The notes beneath the pieces were generated by a model that worked only from the letters and a program-made list of their open reading frames with translations, was not told the origin of the DNA and made no database searches. Position numbers and translations under genes: made by a program. A stretch of DNA of 64,000 bases, from the NCBI GenBank assembly GCA_965649265.1, contig CBFGKC010000010.1, forward strand, positions 50,545-114,544. Direction: 5' to 3'. Numbering within the stretch: position 1 is the first letter of the stretch; each line of letters begins with the position of its first letter. This document shows positions 19,369 through 29,533 of the stretch, piece after piece. This DNA comes from a candidate division WOR-3 bacterium. Its GTDB lineage: Bacteria; Hydrothermota; Tepidihabitantia; B3-TA06.

Positions 19369-20976
19369 ATGCTGCACGTAAAGGATTTGCACGTAAGCTT
19401 CGGCTCGAATGAAGTGCTTAAGGGAATTTCCCTGGACGTCAACGCGGGCGAGGCCGTTGTACTGGCCGGAGCAAACGGCTCGGGCAAATCGACGCTCCTT
19501 GCATGCATCGCATCCAGACTCAAACCGGACTCGGGTTCCATAACGATAAGCGCGGATGCAGGAGTGGCCTTGCTCGAACAGGAGGTGTTGCTTGAGGACG
19601 TCACCGCTGCCGGCTTTCTCATGTCTTCGATACCCGCTCTCTCTGTCCTGTACAGGAGGCTTGCAGAGACGCCGTCCGGTTCCGGGGATTACTCGCAGGC
19701 GCTCGGTGCGTTCACGGACGCCGGCGGCTTTCGGACACTCGCCGATTTTACTCGAGCGGCCGGGGATTTGGGCTTCGTGGAGCGTGACCTGGAGCGTCCT
19801 CTCGCCACCTTCTCGCCCGGCGAGAGGCAGATGTTTTCCATCATCAGGCTGCACGCGAGTCCGGCAAGGCTCGTTCTCATGGACGAGCCCTTGAACCATC
19901 TCGATATCGCCATGCGGGTGCATGTAGAGGAGTTTGTGCTGCGAGAAAAGCGGAGGGGACGCGGATTCCTTATCGTCACTCATGACAGGGTCTTCGCAGA
20001 CAGGGTCGCGGACCGGACGATATATATAAGGAGGGGGGAAGGTATCACCGTGAAGGGAGGATACTCCGAGATGGTGTCCCATCTCGAGCTCGACTTCGAG
20101 TCCAGACAGAAGCGGGCACACGTCATTGCGCGAAAAATCAAGACGCTCGAGGACGAGGTCAGGCGGCGCAAGGCGTGGGCCGACAGCAAGGAGCGTACAA
20201 AAACCGGAAGCGGCCCATGTGACAGGGGATTCATCTCGGCCCAGGCCGCACGGATGGCGAAAAGGGCGAAATCCGCTCAAAAAAGGGAGGAGAGACACAT
20301 CGAGGAGTTGAAGGAAACGAAGCCTTTCGTCGAGAAGAGGATAACGCTTTCAATGGATTCATACCCCGTGGCGAACCGCATCGTGGCTAAAACATCCGGA
20401 ATATCCAAAAGCTTCGACTGCAACCTCGTGTTCAGTGGAGTGGATTTGATGCTTTCGACGAGGGACAGGGTCGCGCTCATAGGTCCCAACGGCTCGGGCA
20501 AGACCACGCTCATTCGCTCGCTCGTGGGTGAGGAGGTCCCCGACAGGGGAAGCGTGCAGTTAAGCGAGCATGTGAGGGTATTCTACCTGCCGCAGGACAT
20601 CGGAAAGTTCTTCAAACGCTCGATTCTGCTCGAGAACCTTCTGTGCGAAGGAGTAAGCGAGACAGCCGTTCGCGAACAGCTGGGCAGGGCGCTTTTGCGC
20701 GGCGATAAGCCCCTCGAGCAAGTGTCGGCACTGAGCCGCGGCGAACTCATGAGGGCGGCCGTGGTTCGGGCGGTCATTGAACGGGCTGAGTTTCTTTTTC
20801 TCGATGAACCGACCAATCATCTGGACATCGAGTCGTTATCCGTGCTCGACAGACTCGTGGAGGAGTTCCCGGGCGGCATGCTTTTTACGAGCCACGACCG
20901 CTACTTCATCGCCAGGCATTCCACTCAGGTTCTTTCCATACAGAATAAAACCCTCGTACCCATCACACTCGCATGA
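19369..20976 (+). CDS. ABC-F family ATPase, Lsa-like ribosomal protection type
   Basis: Two NBDs (GANGSGKST/DEPLNHLD and GPNGSGKTT/DEPTNHLD), no TM helices; linker DRGFISAQAARMAKRAK. Confidence 0.85.
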   Translation: MLHVKDLHVSFGSNEVLKGISLDVNAGEAVVLAGANGSGKSTLLACIASRLKPDSGSITISADAGVALLEQEVLLEDVTAAGFLMSSIPALSVLYRRLAETPSGSGDYSQALGAFTDAGGFRTLADFTRAAGDLGFVERDLERPLATFSPGERQMFSIIRLHASPARLVLMDEPLNHLDIAMRVHVEEFVLREKRRGRGFLIVTHDRVFADRVADRTIYIRRGEGITVKGGYSEMVSHLELDFESRQKRAHVIARKIKTLEDEVRRRKAWADSKERTKTGSGPCDRGFISAQAARMAKRAKSAQKREERHIEELKETKPFVEKRITLSMDSYPVANRIVAKTSGISKSFDCNLVFSGVDLMLSTRDRVALIGPNGSGKTTLIRSLVGEEVPDRGSVQLSEHVRVFYLPQDIGKFFKRSILLENLLCEGVSETAVREQLGRALLRGDKPLEQVSALSRGELMRAAVVRAVIERAEFLFLDEPTNHLDIESLSVLDRLVEEFPGGMLFTSHDRYFIARHSTQVLSIQNKTLVPITLA

Positions 20977-21025
20977 GCGAGCGCAGTTGACACAAAAAAC
21001 GTGAAATACTATAATTAAACTCGAT

Positions 21026-22393
21026 ATGCAGCTTTCTGATCAGGACGTCAAACGCGGTCTCCGGATATCGGTCGTTGAGGGCTCCCTCGCTAACCTTCAC
21101 GCCGTTCTGACGGGCGGCGTTTTTTTGACAGGGCTCGCCGTCTATCTCGGCGCAAGCGACATCGAGATAGGACTTCTTTCATCCATTCCCGCGTTCCTGA
21201 CACCTGCAGGATTCATCGCCGCCATACTCGTATCCTGGATAGGCCATCGAAAAGGCATAACCGTTTTTTCGTCAGGCCTGGGGCGTGCGCTCTTCCTTGT
21301 CCCCGGGATTGTGGTCCTTCTGGGATACAAGATGAGGGTGGAGTCGCTGATACTGCTCGTCTCCTTCTACAACGCCCTGCTAGTGATTGCCGGAAACACC
21401 TGGACCTCGTGGATGGCCGACCTCGTGCCAATAACGAGACGCGGCCGCTACTTCGGCACGCGCAACACGATTCTCGGACTCGTGGGAATGGTGGCCTCCA
21501 CTGCGGGGACTTATTTTCTGGACTTTATGAAGGCGAAGGGTCTCGAGGTGCAGGGCTTCGGCTGGGCGTTCCTTGCGGCAGGACTATTCTCCACCTGTGC
21601 GGCCGTTCTCCTGACCCAGCAGCCGCATATCAAGGTGATGCCCTATCCGATTCCTTTGGGACACATGTTTACCTCACCGTTCCGCAACGTCCGGTTCCGC
21701 CGCTTCATCCTTTTTGTCGCCTTCTGGTCTTTTGTAGCGCCGATTGCTGGGCCTTTCTATTTAGTCCACATGATCAAGAATCTTCACATGAGCTACTCGC
21801 TCATAAACGTCTATTCCATACTCGGTGGAATTTCAGGACTCCTCTTCCAGTGGCTGTGGGGAAAGGCCATAGACAGGCTTCACGCAAAGCCGGTGCTAGA
21901 GATAAACATCATAGGCGTCGGATTCATGCCCGCGCTCTGGCTCTTCGTGAGGCCGGATTTTCTATTGCCTATTTGGCTCGATTCGTTCTTTTCGGGAATT
22001 TTCTGGACGGGAGTGGGCGCGGCTTTCTTCAACCTGCTTCTGGGTCTCTCGTCCGAGACGCGGTCAAAGGAAAGCTACATCGCCGTTTACACGGCGACTA
22101 CCGGGCTCCTCAACGCCTTGTCGACGTTCGTCGGCGGACTCGTGGCAAACGCGCTCGGAAAGTTCGAGTTCCATTTCCTTGGCCAGACCTTCGTCAACTA
22201 CCATGTTCTTTTTCTCGGCGCGTCGGTGTTGAGGTTTTCTTCATTGATACTGTTCGCGTTCGTGGAACAGCCGGAGGCCGAGACGACACGCAACGCACTC
22301 GCGGCCATGGGAGACTACGCGCGAAGGAACGTGGAAAAAGGCAGTCAGTCGCTTCGAAAGGTCTTTGAATCTAAGAAGGATCAAAGCCGCTGA
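21026..22393 (+). CDS. MFS transporter
   Basis: ~12 hydrophobic segments; WMADLVP..RRGRYFG and WGKAIDR loops; TTGACA(20987)-17-TATAAT promoter. Confidence 0.88.
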   Translation: MQLSDQDVKRGLRISVVEGSLANLHAVLTGGVFLTGLAVYLGASDIEIGLLSSIPAFLTPAGFIAAILVSWIGHRKGITVFSSGLGRALFLVPGIVVLLGYKMRVESLILLVSFYNALLVIAGNTWTSWMADLVPITRRGRYFGTRNTILGLVGMVASTAGTYFLDFMKAKGLEVQGFGWAFLAAGLFSTCAAVLLTQQPHIKVMPYPIPLGHMFTSPFRNVRFRRFILFVAFWSFVAPIAGPFYLVHMIKNLHMSYSLINVYSILGGISGLLFQWLWGKAIDRLHAKPVLEINIIGVGFMPALWLFVRPDFLLPIWLDSFFSGIFWTGVGAAFFNLLLGLSSETRSKESYIAVYTATTGLLNALSTFVGGLVANALGKFEFHFLGQTFVNYHVLFLGASVLRFSSLILFAFVEQPEAETTRNALAAMGDYARRNVEKGSQSLRKVFESKKDQSR

Positions 22394-22481
22394 AATACCG
22401 GCGTCTTTCTTACACGAGATTTATTTCACCCCCCTCCCCCTGGAGAAGTGTTCTTGACGGCGCGGTCGGTTTCCGACCTTG

Positions 22482-23867
22482 TTACCGTCTGATCAGTACT
22501 GCTTTATGCGTTGAGCCGCCCGACGTTTCCTTGATGAAATATACGCCCGCTCTCTCTTTTGAGCCCCATGCGACGGTGCCCGAAGCCGCTGCTGTTTTGA
22601 TTTCGTCGATTTTACGACCCGAGGCGTCGAAGACCATCGCGTGGAAACCGTCGGGACAGTTGGCGTATTTCAGGATGATGCCTGCAGGGGATGAGCTGAG
22701 CACCTCCTGTTCCGGCAGAAATGATGAGCTCTCACCGACTTCCGATATGTTTATCCAGCCGTCCTCATTGGCGTCTATCATGGAGAACATACTGTCTATG
22801 TCGCCCACGGAAACGTACCTGCCTGCGTCCGTCTGCTTCACGCAGCAGCTTAACGCGCTTGAATAATGTCGCTCCCATTCGATTTCGCCTGCGCTGTCCA
22901 GCTTCAATAAATTGAACCCCATTCCGGTAGCGATAAAGCCGCCATCGGCGGTCTTTGCTACCCAGTACGGGGTCGGGTCGGCAAAGTATAGACAGGCATA
23001 GTGTTCCCTTGTCCATTCGGGATTACCGGACGCATCCGTCCTGATGACGACAAGATTCTTGTCTACCTCAACTCCATGTTCACCTGATCCACCGCCAATG
23101 ATAAACCCGCCGCTGTCGAGTTCCTGGATTGAGGTCCCCCAGTAATCGTAGTTAGTTGCCCCTAAGGAGTGTTCCCACAGCACATCTGCGTTCTGGTTGA
23201 GCTTGAGCCACCACAGCCGGCCGTTCTGCCCTGTAGCCGATGCGTCCCTGGTTCCGGTCACGACGTAGTTGCCGTCGGACGTGGAAGAGATAGAACAACC
23301 CTCGTCAAAATTCCCGGAACCATAGGTTTTGGTCCATACGGTGTCGCCTTCCTTATCATACCTGGCCAGAAGAAGATTGTGCTCTATATAGCTTTGTCCC
23401 ACAACAAGATAACCGCCGTCAGGCGCAGCGGCCACAGAAAGCCCCACACCCTGGCAGTCGCTGTTGCTCCAAACAATATTGCCGGTATCGTCCATCATGA
23501 GCATCAAGACGTGAGGGCCGCCGGAGTCTGTATACTCAGGTATAGTGCCTGCTATAACAAGGCCGTTTGGAACCACGATGATGGACCTGCCTTCCCCCGG
23601 GATGCTTTCGTACACCCTTGACCACAAGGTGTCATATGGTGATTGTGCAAATGCGGCAATATCGACGACGAGAAGATTGAGGAATGGGGACTGTGGATTA
23701 CGCACCGCCCCGGTACCGACGTAATGCGTGCCCCTGTCGCAAAAGGAAAACCCCGCCGAACGCGATGCACTTTCATAAAAAAACTCCCATCCTACAGGAC
23801 ATCCGTCCGTTGACATGGGGCTGACAAAAAAAGTAACGACACCAACCGAAAACACAAAGCGTTTCAT
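22482..23867 (-). CDS. Secreted beta-propeller-like repeat protein with T9SS-like C-terminal domain
   Basis: Repeats DGGYLVVG / GDTVWTKTYG / DGNYVVTG; C-terminus VFDASGRKI...AGVYFI. Confidence 0.75.
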   Translation of the reverse strand: MKRFVFSVGVVTFFVSPMSTDGCPVGWEFFYESASRSAGFSFCDRGTHYVGTGAVRNPQSPFLNLLVVDIAAFAQSPYDTLWSRVYESIPGEGRSIIVVPNGLVIAGTIPEYTDSGGPHVLMLMMDDTGNIVWSNSDCQGVGLSVAAAPDGGYLVVGQSYIEHNLLLARYDKEGDTVWTKTYGSGNFDEGCSISSTSDGNYVVTGTRDASATGQNGRLWWLKLNQNADVLWEHSLGATNYDYWGTSIQELDSGGFIIGGGSGEHGVEVDKNLVVIRTDASGNPEWTREHYACLYFADPTPYWVAKTADGGFIATGMGFNLLKLDSAGEIEWERHYSSALSCCVKQTDAGRYVSVGDIDSMFSMIDANEDGWINISEVGESSSFLPEQEVLSSSPAGIILKYANCPDGFHAMVFDASGRKIDEIKTAAASGTVAWGSKERAGVYFIKETSGGSTHKAVLIRR

Positions 23868-24066
23868 AATCCCTCCGGTTTTTCAATTATAAAATGATAT
23901 CCTCTTTAAGAAATTTGTCAATGCAAGTAGAGAACCTCTATTAAATACACCCTTACCTAACAACTTCTCCTGGCGCACTAACTTATTTGGCTTGACTTTC
24001 TATCAATTTTTCATTAGAATTAACGCTCCCCGCGACGGAAACGCCGGGAATAAAAGGAGATTTTAA

Positions 24067-24378
24067 ATGAAGGATAAGATCCATCCAAAGTACGTAGAAG
24101 TGTTAGTTCACTGTGCTTGTGGAAACGAATACAAAACCTATTCGACCAGGGAAAAGATAAGGGTAGATATTTGCTCGCAGTGCCACCCGTTCTTCACCGG
24201 CAAGACAAAAATACTTGACACCGCCGGCCGTGTCGAGCGTTTCCGCACGCGCTTCGGCGAAACCAAGGGAACTAAGATACTCACTGCAAAAGAAAAAGAA
24301 GCCATCGAAGCCCAGGAAGCTGCCGCGAAGGCAGAGGCAAAAAAAGCAGCCAAGTCCAAAAGAAGCTCCAAGAAGTAA
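24067..24378 (+). CDS. rpmE: 50S ribosomal protein L31 (Zn-binding type) with Ala/Lys-rich tail
   Basis: MKDKIHPKY...CACG...[12 protein letters not shown]...DTAGRVERF. Confidence 0.97.
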   Translation: MKDKIHPKYVEVLVHCACGNEYKTYSTREKIRVDICSQCHPFFTGKTKILDTAGRVERFRTRFGETKGTKILTAKEKEAIEAQEAAAKAEAKKAAKSKRSSKK

Positions 24379-24381
24379 GGG

Positions 24382-25462
24382 ATGAAGGAACTCATCTCCG
24401 AGCTTGACGAAAAGCTCCGCAAAATAAAGGAGTTTCTTTGACCCTGCCTCGCTAGAGGCAAAAAGGGAGGACTTGAGGGCTAAGTCTGCAGTCCCCGATT
24501 TCTGGCAAAACCAGCGCAAGGCCCGCGAAGTCATGTCGGAACTCGCTCGCGTGGAACGCATCCTTGAAACTGTCGAACGACTCGAGCGCGAGATCGCTGA
24601 TTCGCGCGAGATTCTCGATATGTTCGAGGACGACCCCGGCACACGGAAGGAACTGGAAAATAATCTGGGCAAAGCTGAGAAGGAACTCGCAGAACTCGAG
24701 GTCTCGCTTGTCCTGTCCGATCCCAACGACACTAAAACGGCGATATTGACCATCCATCCCGGCGCAGGCGGCGTGGAGAGCTGCGACTGGGCCGAGATGC
24801 TCTATCGCATGTACATGCGATTCTTCGAACGCAAGGGCTTCAAGGCCAACGTGCTTGATCTCCAGGTAGGCGACGTTGCCGGCATCAAGGACGCAATCAT
24901 CGAAGTCTCCGGCGATTACGCCTACGGCATACTTAAGGGAGAATCGGGCATCCACCGTCTGGTCAGAGTCTCCCCGTTCGACTCCGCCAAACGCCGGCAC
25001 ACATCCTTCGTAAGCGTGTTTGTCATGCCGGAGGTTGAGGACGTAGAGGTAACGATCAATCCCGACGATTTAAGGATAGATACCTTCCGCGCAGGCGGTC
25101 ACGGCGGGCAAAACGTAAACAAACTCTCGACTGCGGTAAGGATAACCCACATACCTACAGGAATTGTGGTTCAGTGCCAGAACGAACGCTCCCAGCACCA
25201 GAACAAGGAAAATGCCATGAAGGTCCTGCGCTCAAGGCTTTACGCGCACGAGCAGGAAAAAATGGACAAGGAGCGCGAAAAGCTCGAAAACCAGAAAACC
25301 GACATCGCCTGGGGTCACCAGATTCGCTCGTACGTGCTTTTCCCCTATCAGATGATAAAGGATCACCGCACCGAACACGAACAGCACAACGTGGAAGCCG
25401 TGCTGGACGGTGACATAGAAGATTTCCTCAACGCCACCTTGCTCTGGCAAGCCCACCCGTAA
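24382..25462 (+). CDS. prfB: Peptide chain release factor 2 with programmed +1 frameshift
   Basis: ATG 24382 gives MKELISELDEKLRKIKEFL, then AGGAG-TTT-CTT-TGA-C (24436-24442); the +1 frame carries SPF and GGQ motifs. Confidence 0.96.
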
Positions 25463-25627
25463 CACACTCACCTTCTTCCCTACCCCTTCCGAATGTGGAG
25501 TTTGCGCAGCAAACTCCTAAAGCTCGCATACAGCGAGATTAGTCATTTGCGAGGTTGCTCCCAGTAACCGAAGCAATCGCCTTATTTTATGAAGGTTTTC
25601 CCCTGATGCCCGAATCTGATCAACCGT

Positions 25628-26080
25628 TTAAGATTTAATTTCCCGTAACTTATGAAGCATATCCTCGTGATGGGTACCCTTCCAGTAAACCTTGCCGCAG
25701 GAAAGACAGCGGAAAAAAAATTCTTGCGTTTGCGAGATATAAAAGGGCACCCTGCCCTTCGCCTCATCCTTGCCGATCTCGTAAAGCTCGCTGTTACAAA
25801 GGATACAACGCGAGAACGGCTCCGCGTCCGTGAGGATCTTATGGGATTCCTCAAGTTGTTTCAGCTGTTCTTCGAGAATCTCGGATTCAACGTAGATAAG
25901 CGACTTATCTGTGAAGCCCTGTCTCCGGGTCAATAAAATCAAGCCTTCTCTCCTTGCCTTCTCTGTAAGTTGTTGAAAATCCGTATCCTTGGCGTATTCC
26001 GCATCCCAGCCCAAAATCCGCAGCCAGCGGCATAGTTTTCCCAGCATCGCGTCGGCAATGAACCTGTATCTCGTACCCAT
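25628..26080 (-). CDS. Mut7-C RNase domain (PIN-like) protein
   Basis: FIADAMLGKLCRWLRILGWD, SRCILCN, CLSCGKVYWKGTH; start set at ATG 26080. Confidence 0.88.
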   Translation of the reverse strand: MGTRYRFIADAMLGKLCRWLRILGWDAEYAKDTDFQQLTEKARREGLILLTRRQGFTDKSLIYVESEILEEQLKQLEESHKILTDAEPFSRCILCNSELYEIGKDEAKGRVPFYISQTQEFFFRCLSCGKVYWKGTHHEDMLHKLREIKS

Positions 26081-26159
26081 CGTATTATTGTAGCTTACGG
26101 GAGAGCAAAAGCAAGCACCTCGGCTTCGTGTCAGGGTCATTTTGGGGGCAAAAAAAAGC

Positions 26160-26266
26160 TGGACAAAAGATGGTCAGAAGATGGTCAAAAGATGGACATT
26201 TCGGGTAAAATCGGGTGATTTTTGGCAAAAAAAAGATGGTCAAAAGTGGGTCAGAAGTTGGTCAAA
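26160..26266 (+). repeat. ~11-bp tandem repeats TGG(A/T)CA(A/G)AAG(A/T), two blocks
   Basis: tggacaaaaga tggtcagaaga tggtcaaaaga tggaca ... tggtcaaaagt gggtcagaagt tggtcaaa. Confidence 0.75.
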
Positions 26267-26446
26267 TTACCCCAAAAGAACGCCGGAGACGTTCCTTTGG
26301 GGACCCCCTCATAGGTTCGGAAAATGATGTTGGGGTCTTCGGGGAAAAAATTTGCCGACTGAAAAATCGTGGCAAACTTCTAAAGCGTCCTGAAGGGCGG
26401 TAGGTTTTCTGGGAGAGATTTTGGGGACTTTTTGAGGGGGGAAAAA

Positions 26447-27615
26447 AGTCATTGCGAGTGTCGCTTCAAGCGACCGAAGCAATCGCCCAAATCGAGGCTC
26501 TATCCCTAAAAGGAATGAGATCGCTCGCTCCGTTCGCCCTTTTGACCCAGCAACCACATTTAGTATTCACGCCAACGAGTACTTACTGGCTCGGCGAAGT
26601 ATCTGTTGGTTCTTGCTTCGCCTTCAAAGATGAATAACCATATTCTTTACTGATATACCACAGAATCCATTCTTCCAAAGTAAAAATAGCTCTCTTCCGT
26701 CTCAGCTTCATACCCTTCTCGAATTTTCTCAAGATTTTCCCTTCGGTTTTACTTTCCTCAAGCATTTTATAGACTACGCAATCTTTGATAGAACCGAATT
26801 GAGCTTCAGTTCTATACTTCATGATCATTCCAAAATACTCACCCATAGTAATAAGATTCATAGGTGTATTAACCAGAGAAACGAAAGGCCTGAGTAGTGC
26901 TATGGCATTATCTATCATGTTGTTTGTCCATACTATTAATTTTTGATCGAAATACTCTTTCACCCACAGTAACAAAGCAAGAATACTGACTACGGCACTT
27001 ATTGTTCCCACAATTCCGAAAAACCATTGACTTACAGTACCTGGTGGGTTGGCTAAAAAAAGAATCACACCTGGTGAACAAGAAGTTGTAACGACTGTGA
27101 CTAGAACTGCCCATTTGAGAGATGGTAATTTTCGCATTATTTCTCCTTAGTGGAAATCTTACTCCTCCCCCTCCTCATGTCAAGGTTATATCTTGACTTA
27201 AGGCGTAATAAATCCCCTTCGGGGTCCCCGCGAGCATGCGAAGCAGGCTTGTGGGGCTCAATCCCCCCTCCCCCCCTTGATAAGGGGGGGCCTCCTTTCA
27301 CCCCAGACGTCTGCTCCGCATTCGCCCGGGGACCCCAGAGCAATACTATAAGGTACATTAACTTCATGAATTTGCCGCCTGAGGCGGCTTGCGGAACTCA
27401 TGCCCCTCGGGGGAGCTACCTCACAATAACACCCCCACCCCACGCTCTTCCAGAGCGTAACCCTCACCCCGTCAAGGGGGAGGTATCAAAGGAGCATTTG
27501 CTCCTTTCGTTAGCCCTCCAGTGCTCCGCAAATAGATGGCTCTCTACGCTCGCCCTTCGGAGGCTTCGTACCGCCGGAGGCGGTTGAGGTCGCTGGAGCG
27601 ACACTCGCAATGACT
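26447..27615. repeat. Segment bounded by ~28-bp inverted repeats (26447-26475 and 27588-27615)
   Basis: AGTCATTGCGAGTGTCGCTTCAAGCGACC ... GGTCGCTGGAGCGACACTCGCAATGACT. Confidence 0.75.
26583..27137 (-). CDS. AT-rich hypothetical membrane protein
   Basis: Own TTGACA/TAAGAT promoter and AAGGAG SD; N-terminal hydrophobic segments. Confidence 0.65.
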   Translation of the reverse strand: MRKLPSLKWAVLVTVVTTSCSPGVILFLANPPGTVSQWFFGIVGTISAVVSILALLLWVKEYFDQKLIVWTNNMIDNAIALLRPFVSLVNTPMNLITMGEYFGMIMKYRTEAQFGSIKDCVVYKMLEESKTEGKILRKFEKGMKLRRKRAIFTLEEWILWYISKEYGYSSLKAKQEPTDTSPSQ

Positions 27616-27793
27616 AATCTCTCCCGGGGAGAGCTTTCGAAGTTTGCTCTGCAAACTTCACTTTTGGATTTCTTGCCCCCCGGGGTCCCCAAAGAAACGC
27701 TTCGTAGAGATTCATTCGGATTAGAAGGTGAGGAAGGGAGTTGGTGTGTTACGGGCGGGTTGACGGGTGGACATTTTGCGGTACAATCGGATA

Positions 27794-29533
27794 ATGGAAA
27801 GAATCTACTGCGGAAAACTGAACATGGACATGGTGGACGATGAGGTCCGCCTTTGCGGCTGGGTGCACCGGCTGCGCGACCTGGGCGGAATAACGTTCAT
27901 GCATCTAAGGGACCGGTCAGGTCTGGTGCAGGTCATCTGCGACCCAAAGGAGGTCAAGGAGGTCGTCGACCTTCACGCGGAGGACGTTGTCGAGATAAGG
28001 GGCAAGGTGCGCGCGAGACCGCCCGAGCAGGTGGATACGAGGCTGGGTTCCGGTCACGTTGAGGTGGTCGCGGACGGGATCGAGATTCTGAACCGGGCCC
28101 AGAACCTTGCGTTCAGCGTCGAGCGCGAGGAGCTTCTGCCGGCCGAGGAGATGCGTCTCAAGTACAGGTACCTGGACCTGAGAAGGCCGTCAATGACGGC
28201 AAACATCGGCCTAAGGCACAGAATGATGCAACTTGGAAGAAACTACCTCTCGGAAAAGGGCTTCTGGGAGATAGAGACGCCCATTCTGGCCAAGTCCACC
28301 CCCGAGGGCGCAAGGGACTTTCTGGTGCCGTCGAGGACGATGAAGGGAACGTTCTACGCACTGCCCCAGTCGCCGCAGCTTTACAAGCAGATTTTGATGG
28401 CATCGGGCATGGACCGCTACTTCCAGTTCGCCAGGTGCTTGAGGGATGAGGACTTACGTGCAGACCGCCAGCCCGAACATACCCAGGTGGATATCGAATG
28501 TTCGTTCGCAGACGAGGCAACCATACAGAACCTTGTCGAAGGGCTGTTCCATCTCTGGGTGAAGGAGATGAAGGGTGAGTATCTGGAGATTCCGTTTCCC
28601 AGGATGACGTTTGCGGAGGCAATGGAACGCTTCGGCTCCGACAAGCCCGATTTGAGGAATCCCCTCGAGATAGTGACGGTCACCCAGCGGTTCACGGGTT
28701 CGGAGTTCAGGATATTTGCGAGCATAGTGGAACAGGGCGGAACGGTAAGGGCGTTGAGATTGAAAGGGCACCCGGGGCTTGCGGAGTGGTCGAGGAAGGA
28801 CATAGACTCACTGGCCGATGAGGTTAAGCCCTTCGGCTTCCCGGGCGTTGCCTGGGCGCGCAGAACGGGCACCGAGCTTTCGGGAACTGTTTCCAAGTTC
28901 ATGAATATCAACGAGTTGGCCGACGGAGAGTTGTATCTGGCGCTCGCCGGGACAGACATCGGGACCCTTAATCAGGCGATGGGTCGCCTGAGGAACGTCT
29001 GCGGGCAGAGGCTTGGGCTGGTTGATGAGAAGCGGATGAGTTTCGTATGGATTACGGATTTCCCACTGTTCGAGCGGGACGAGGAAACGGGCAAGATAGT
29101 GCCCGCCCACCACGTTTTCACCTCGCCGCAGGAGCAGGATATGGAGTATTTAGAAAAGGACCCCCTCAAGGTCAAGGGCAGGCTATTCGACCTGGTTTTG
29201 AACGGCACCGAGATGGGTTCAGGTTCGGTTCGCTGCCACAAGCGCGAGCTTCAGGAAAAGCTTTTGAAAATTGCGGGCATGGAGCCGAAGTATTTTGATT
29301 TCTTCTTGAGTGCGCTGGACTCGGGAGCGCCGCCGCATGCGGGAATCGGGATGGGGTTCGACCGCATCGTGACGCTCTTTGCAGGTCTCGAGAGCATCAG
29401 AGAAGTGATAGCGTTTCCCAAAACCACGTCCGGTCAGGGACTTATGGAGGGGCAGCCCGCCGGGGTTGCAGGTTTCCAGCTGGAAGAACTGGGAATAAAG
29501 ATAGAAAAACAAAGGAAGAAAAAGGATGATTAA
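27794..29533 (+). CDS. aspS: Aspartate--tRNA ligase
   Basis: GWVHRLRDLGG, RLKYRYLDLR, STPEGARDF, ALPQSPQ, RFGSDKPD, GAPPHAG, IREVIAFPK; start ATG 27794. Confidence 0.97.
   Translation: MERIYCGKLNMDMVDDEVRLCGWVHRLRDLGGITFMHLRDRSGLVQVICDPKEVKEVVDLHAEDVVEIRGKVRARPPEQVDTRLGSGHVEVVADGIEILNRAQNLAFSVEREELLPAEEMRLKYRYLDLRRPSMTANIGLRHRMMQLGRNYLSEKGFWEIETPILAKSTPEGARDFLVPSRTMKGTFYALPQSPQLYKQILMASGMDRYFQFARCLRDEDLRADRQPEHTQVDIECSFADEATIQNLVEGLFHLWVKEMKGEYLEIPFPRMTFAEAMERFGSDKPDLRNPLEIVTVTQRFTGSEFRIFASIVEQGGTVRALRLKGHPGLAEWSRKDIDSLADEVKPFGFPGVAWARRTGTELSGTVSKFMNINELADGELYLALAGTDIGTLNQAMGRLRNVCGQRLGLVDEKRMSFVWITDFPLFERDEETGKIVPAHHVFTSPQEQDMEYLEKDPLKVKGRLFDLVLNGTEMGSGSVRCHKRELQEKLLKIAGMEPKYFDFFLSALDSGAPPHAGIGMGFDRIVTLFAGLESIREVIAFPKTTSGQGLMEGQPAGVAGFQLEELGIKIEKQRKKKDD

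Noticed and set aside
24436-24442. prfB as a pseudogene or sequencing error
   Set aside because: Canonical SD plus CTT TGA C programmed frameshift site
27137-27843. Small ORFs in the aspS upstream region
   Set aside because: Pro/Gly-rich translations of hairpin repeats with no coding signature
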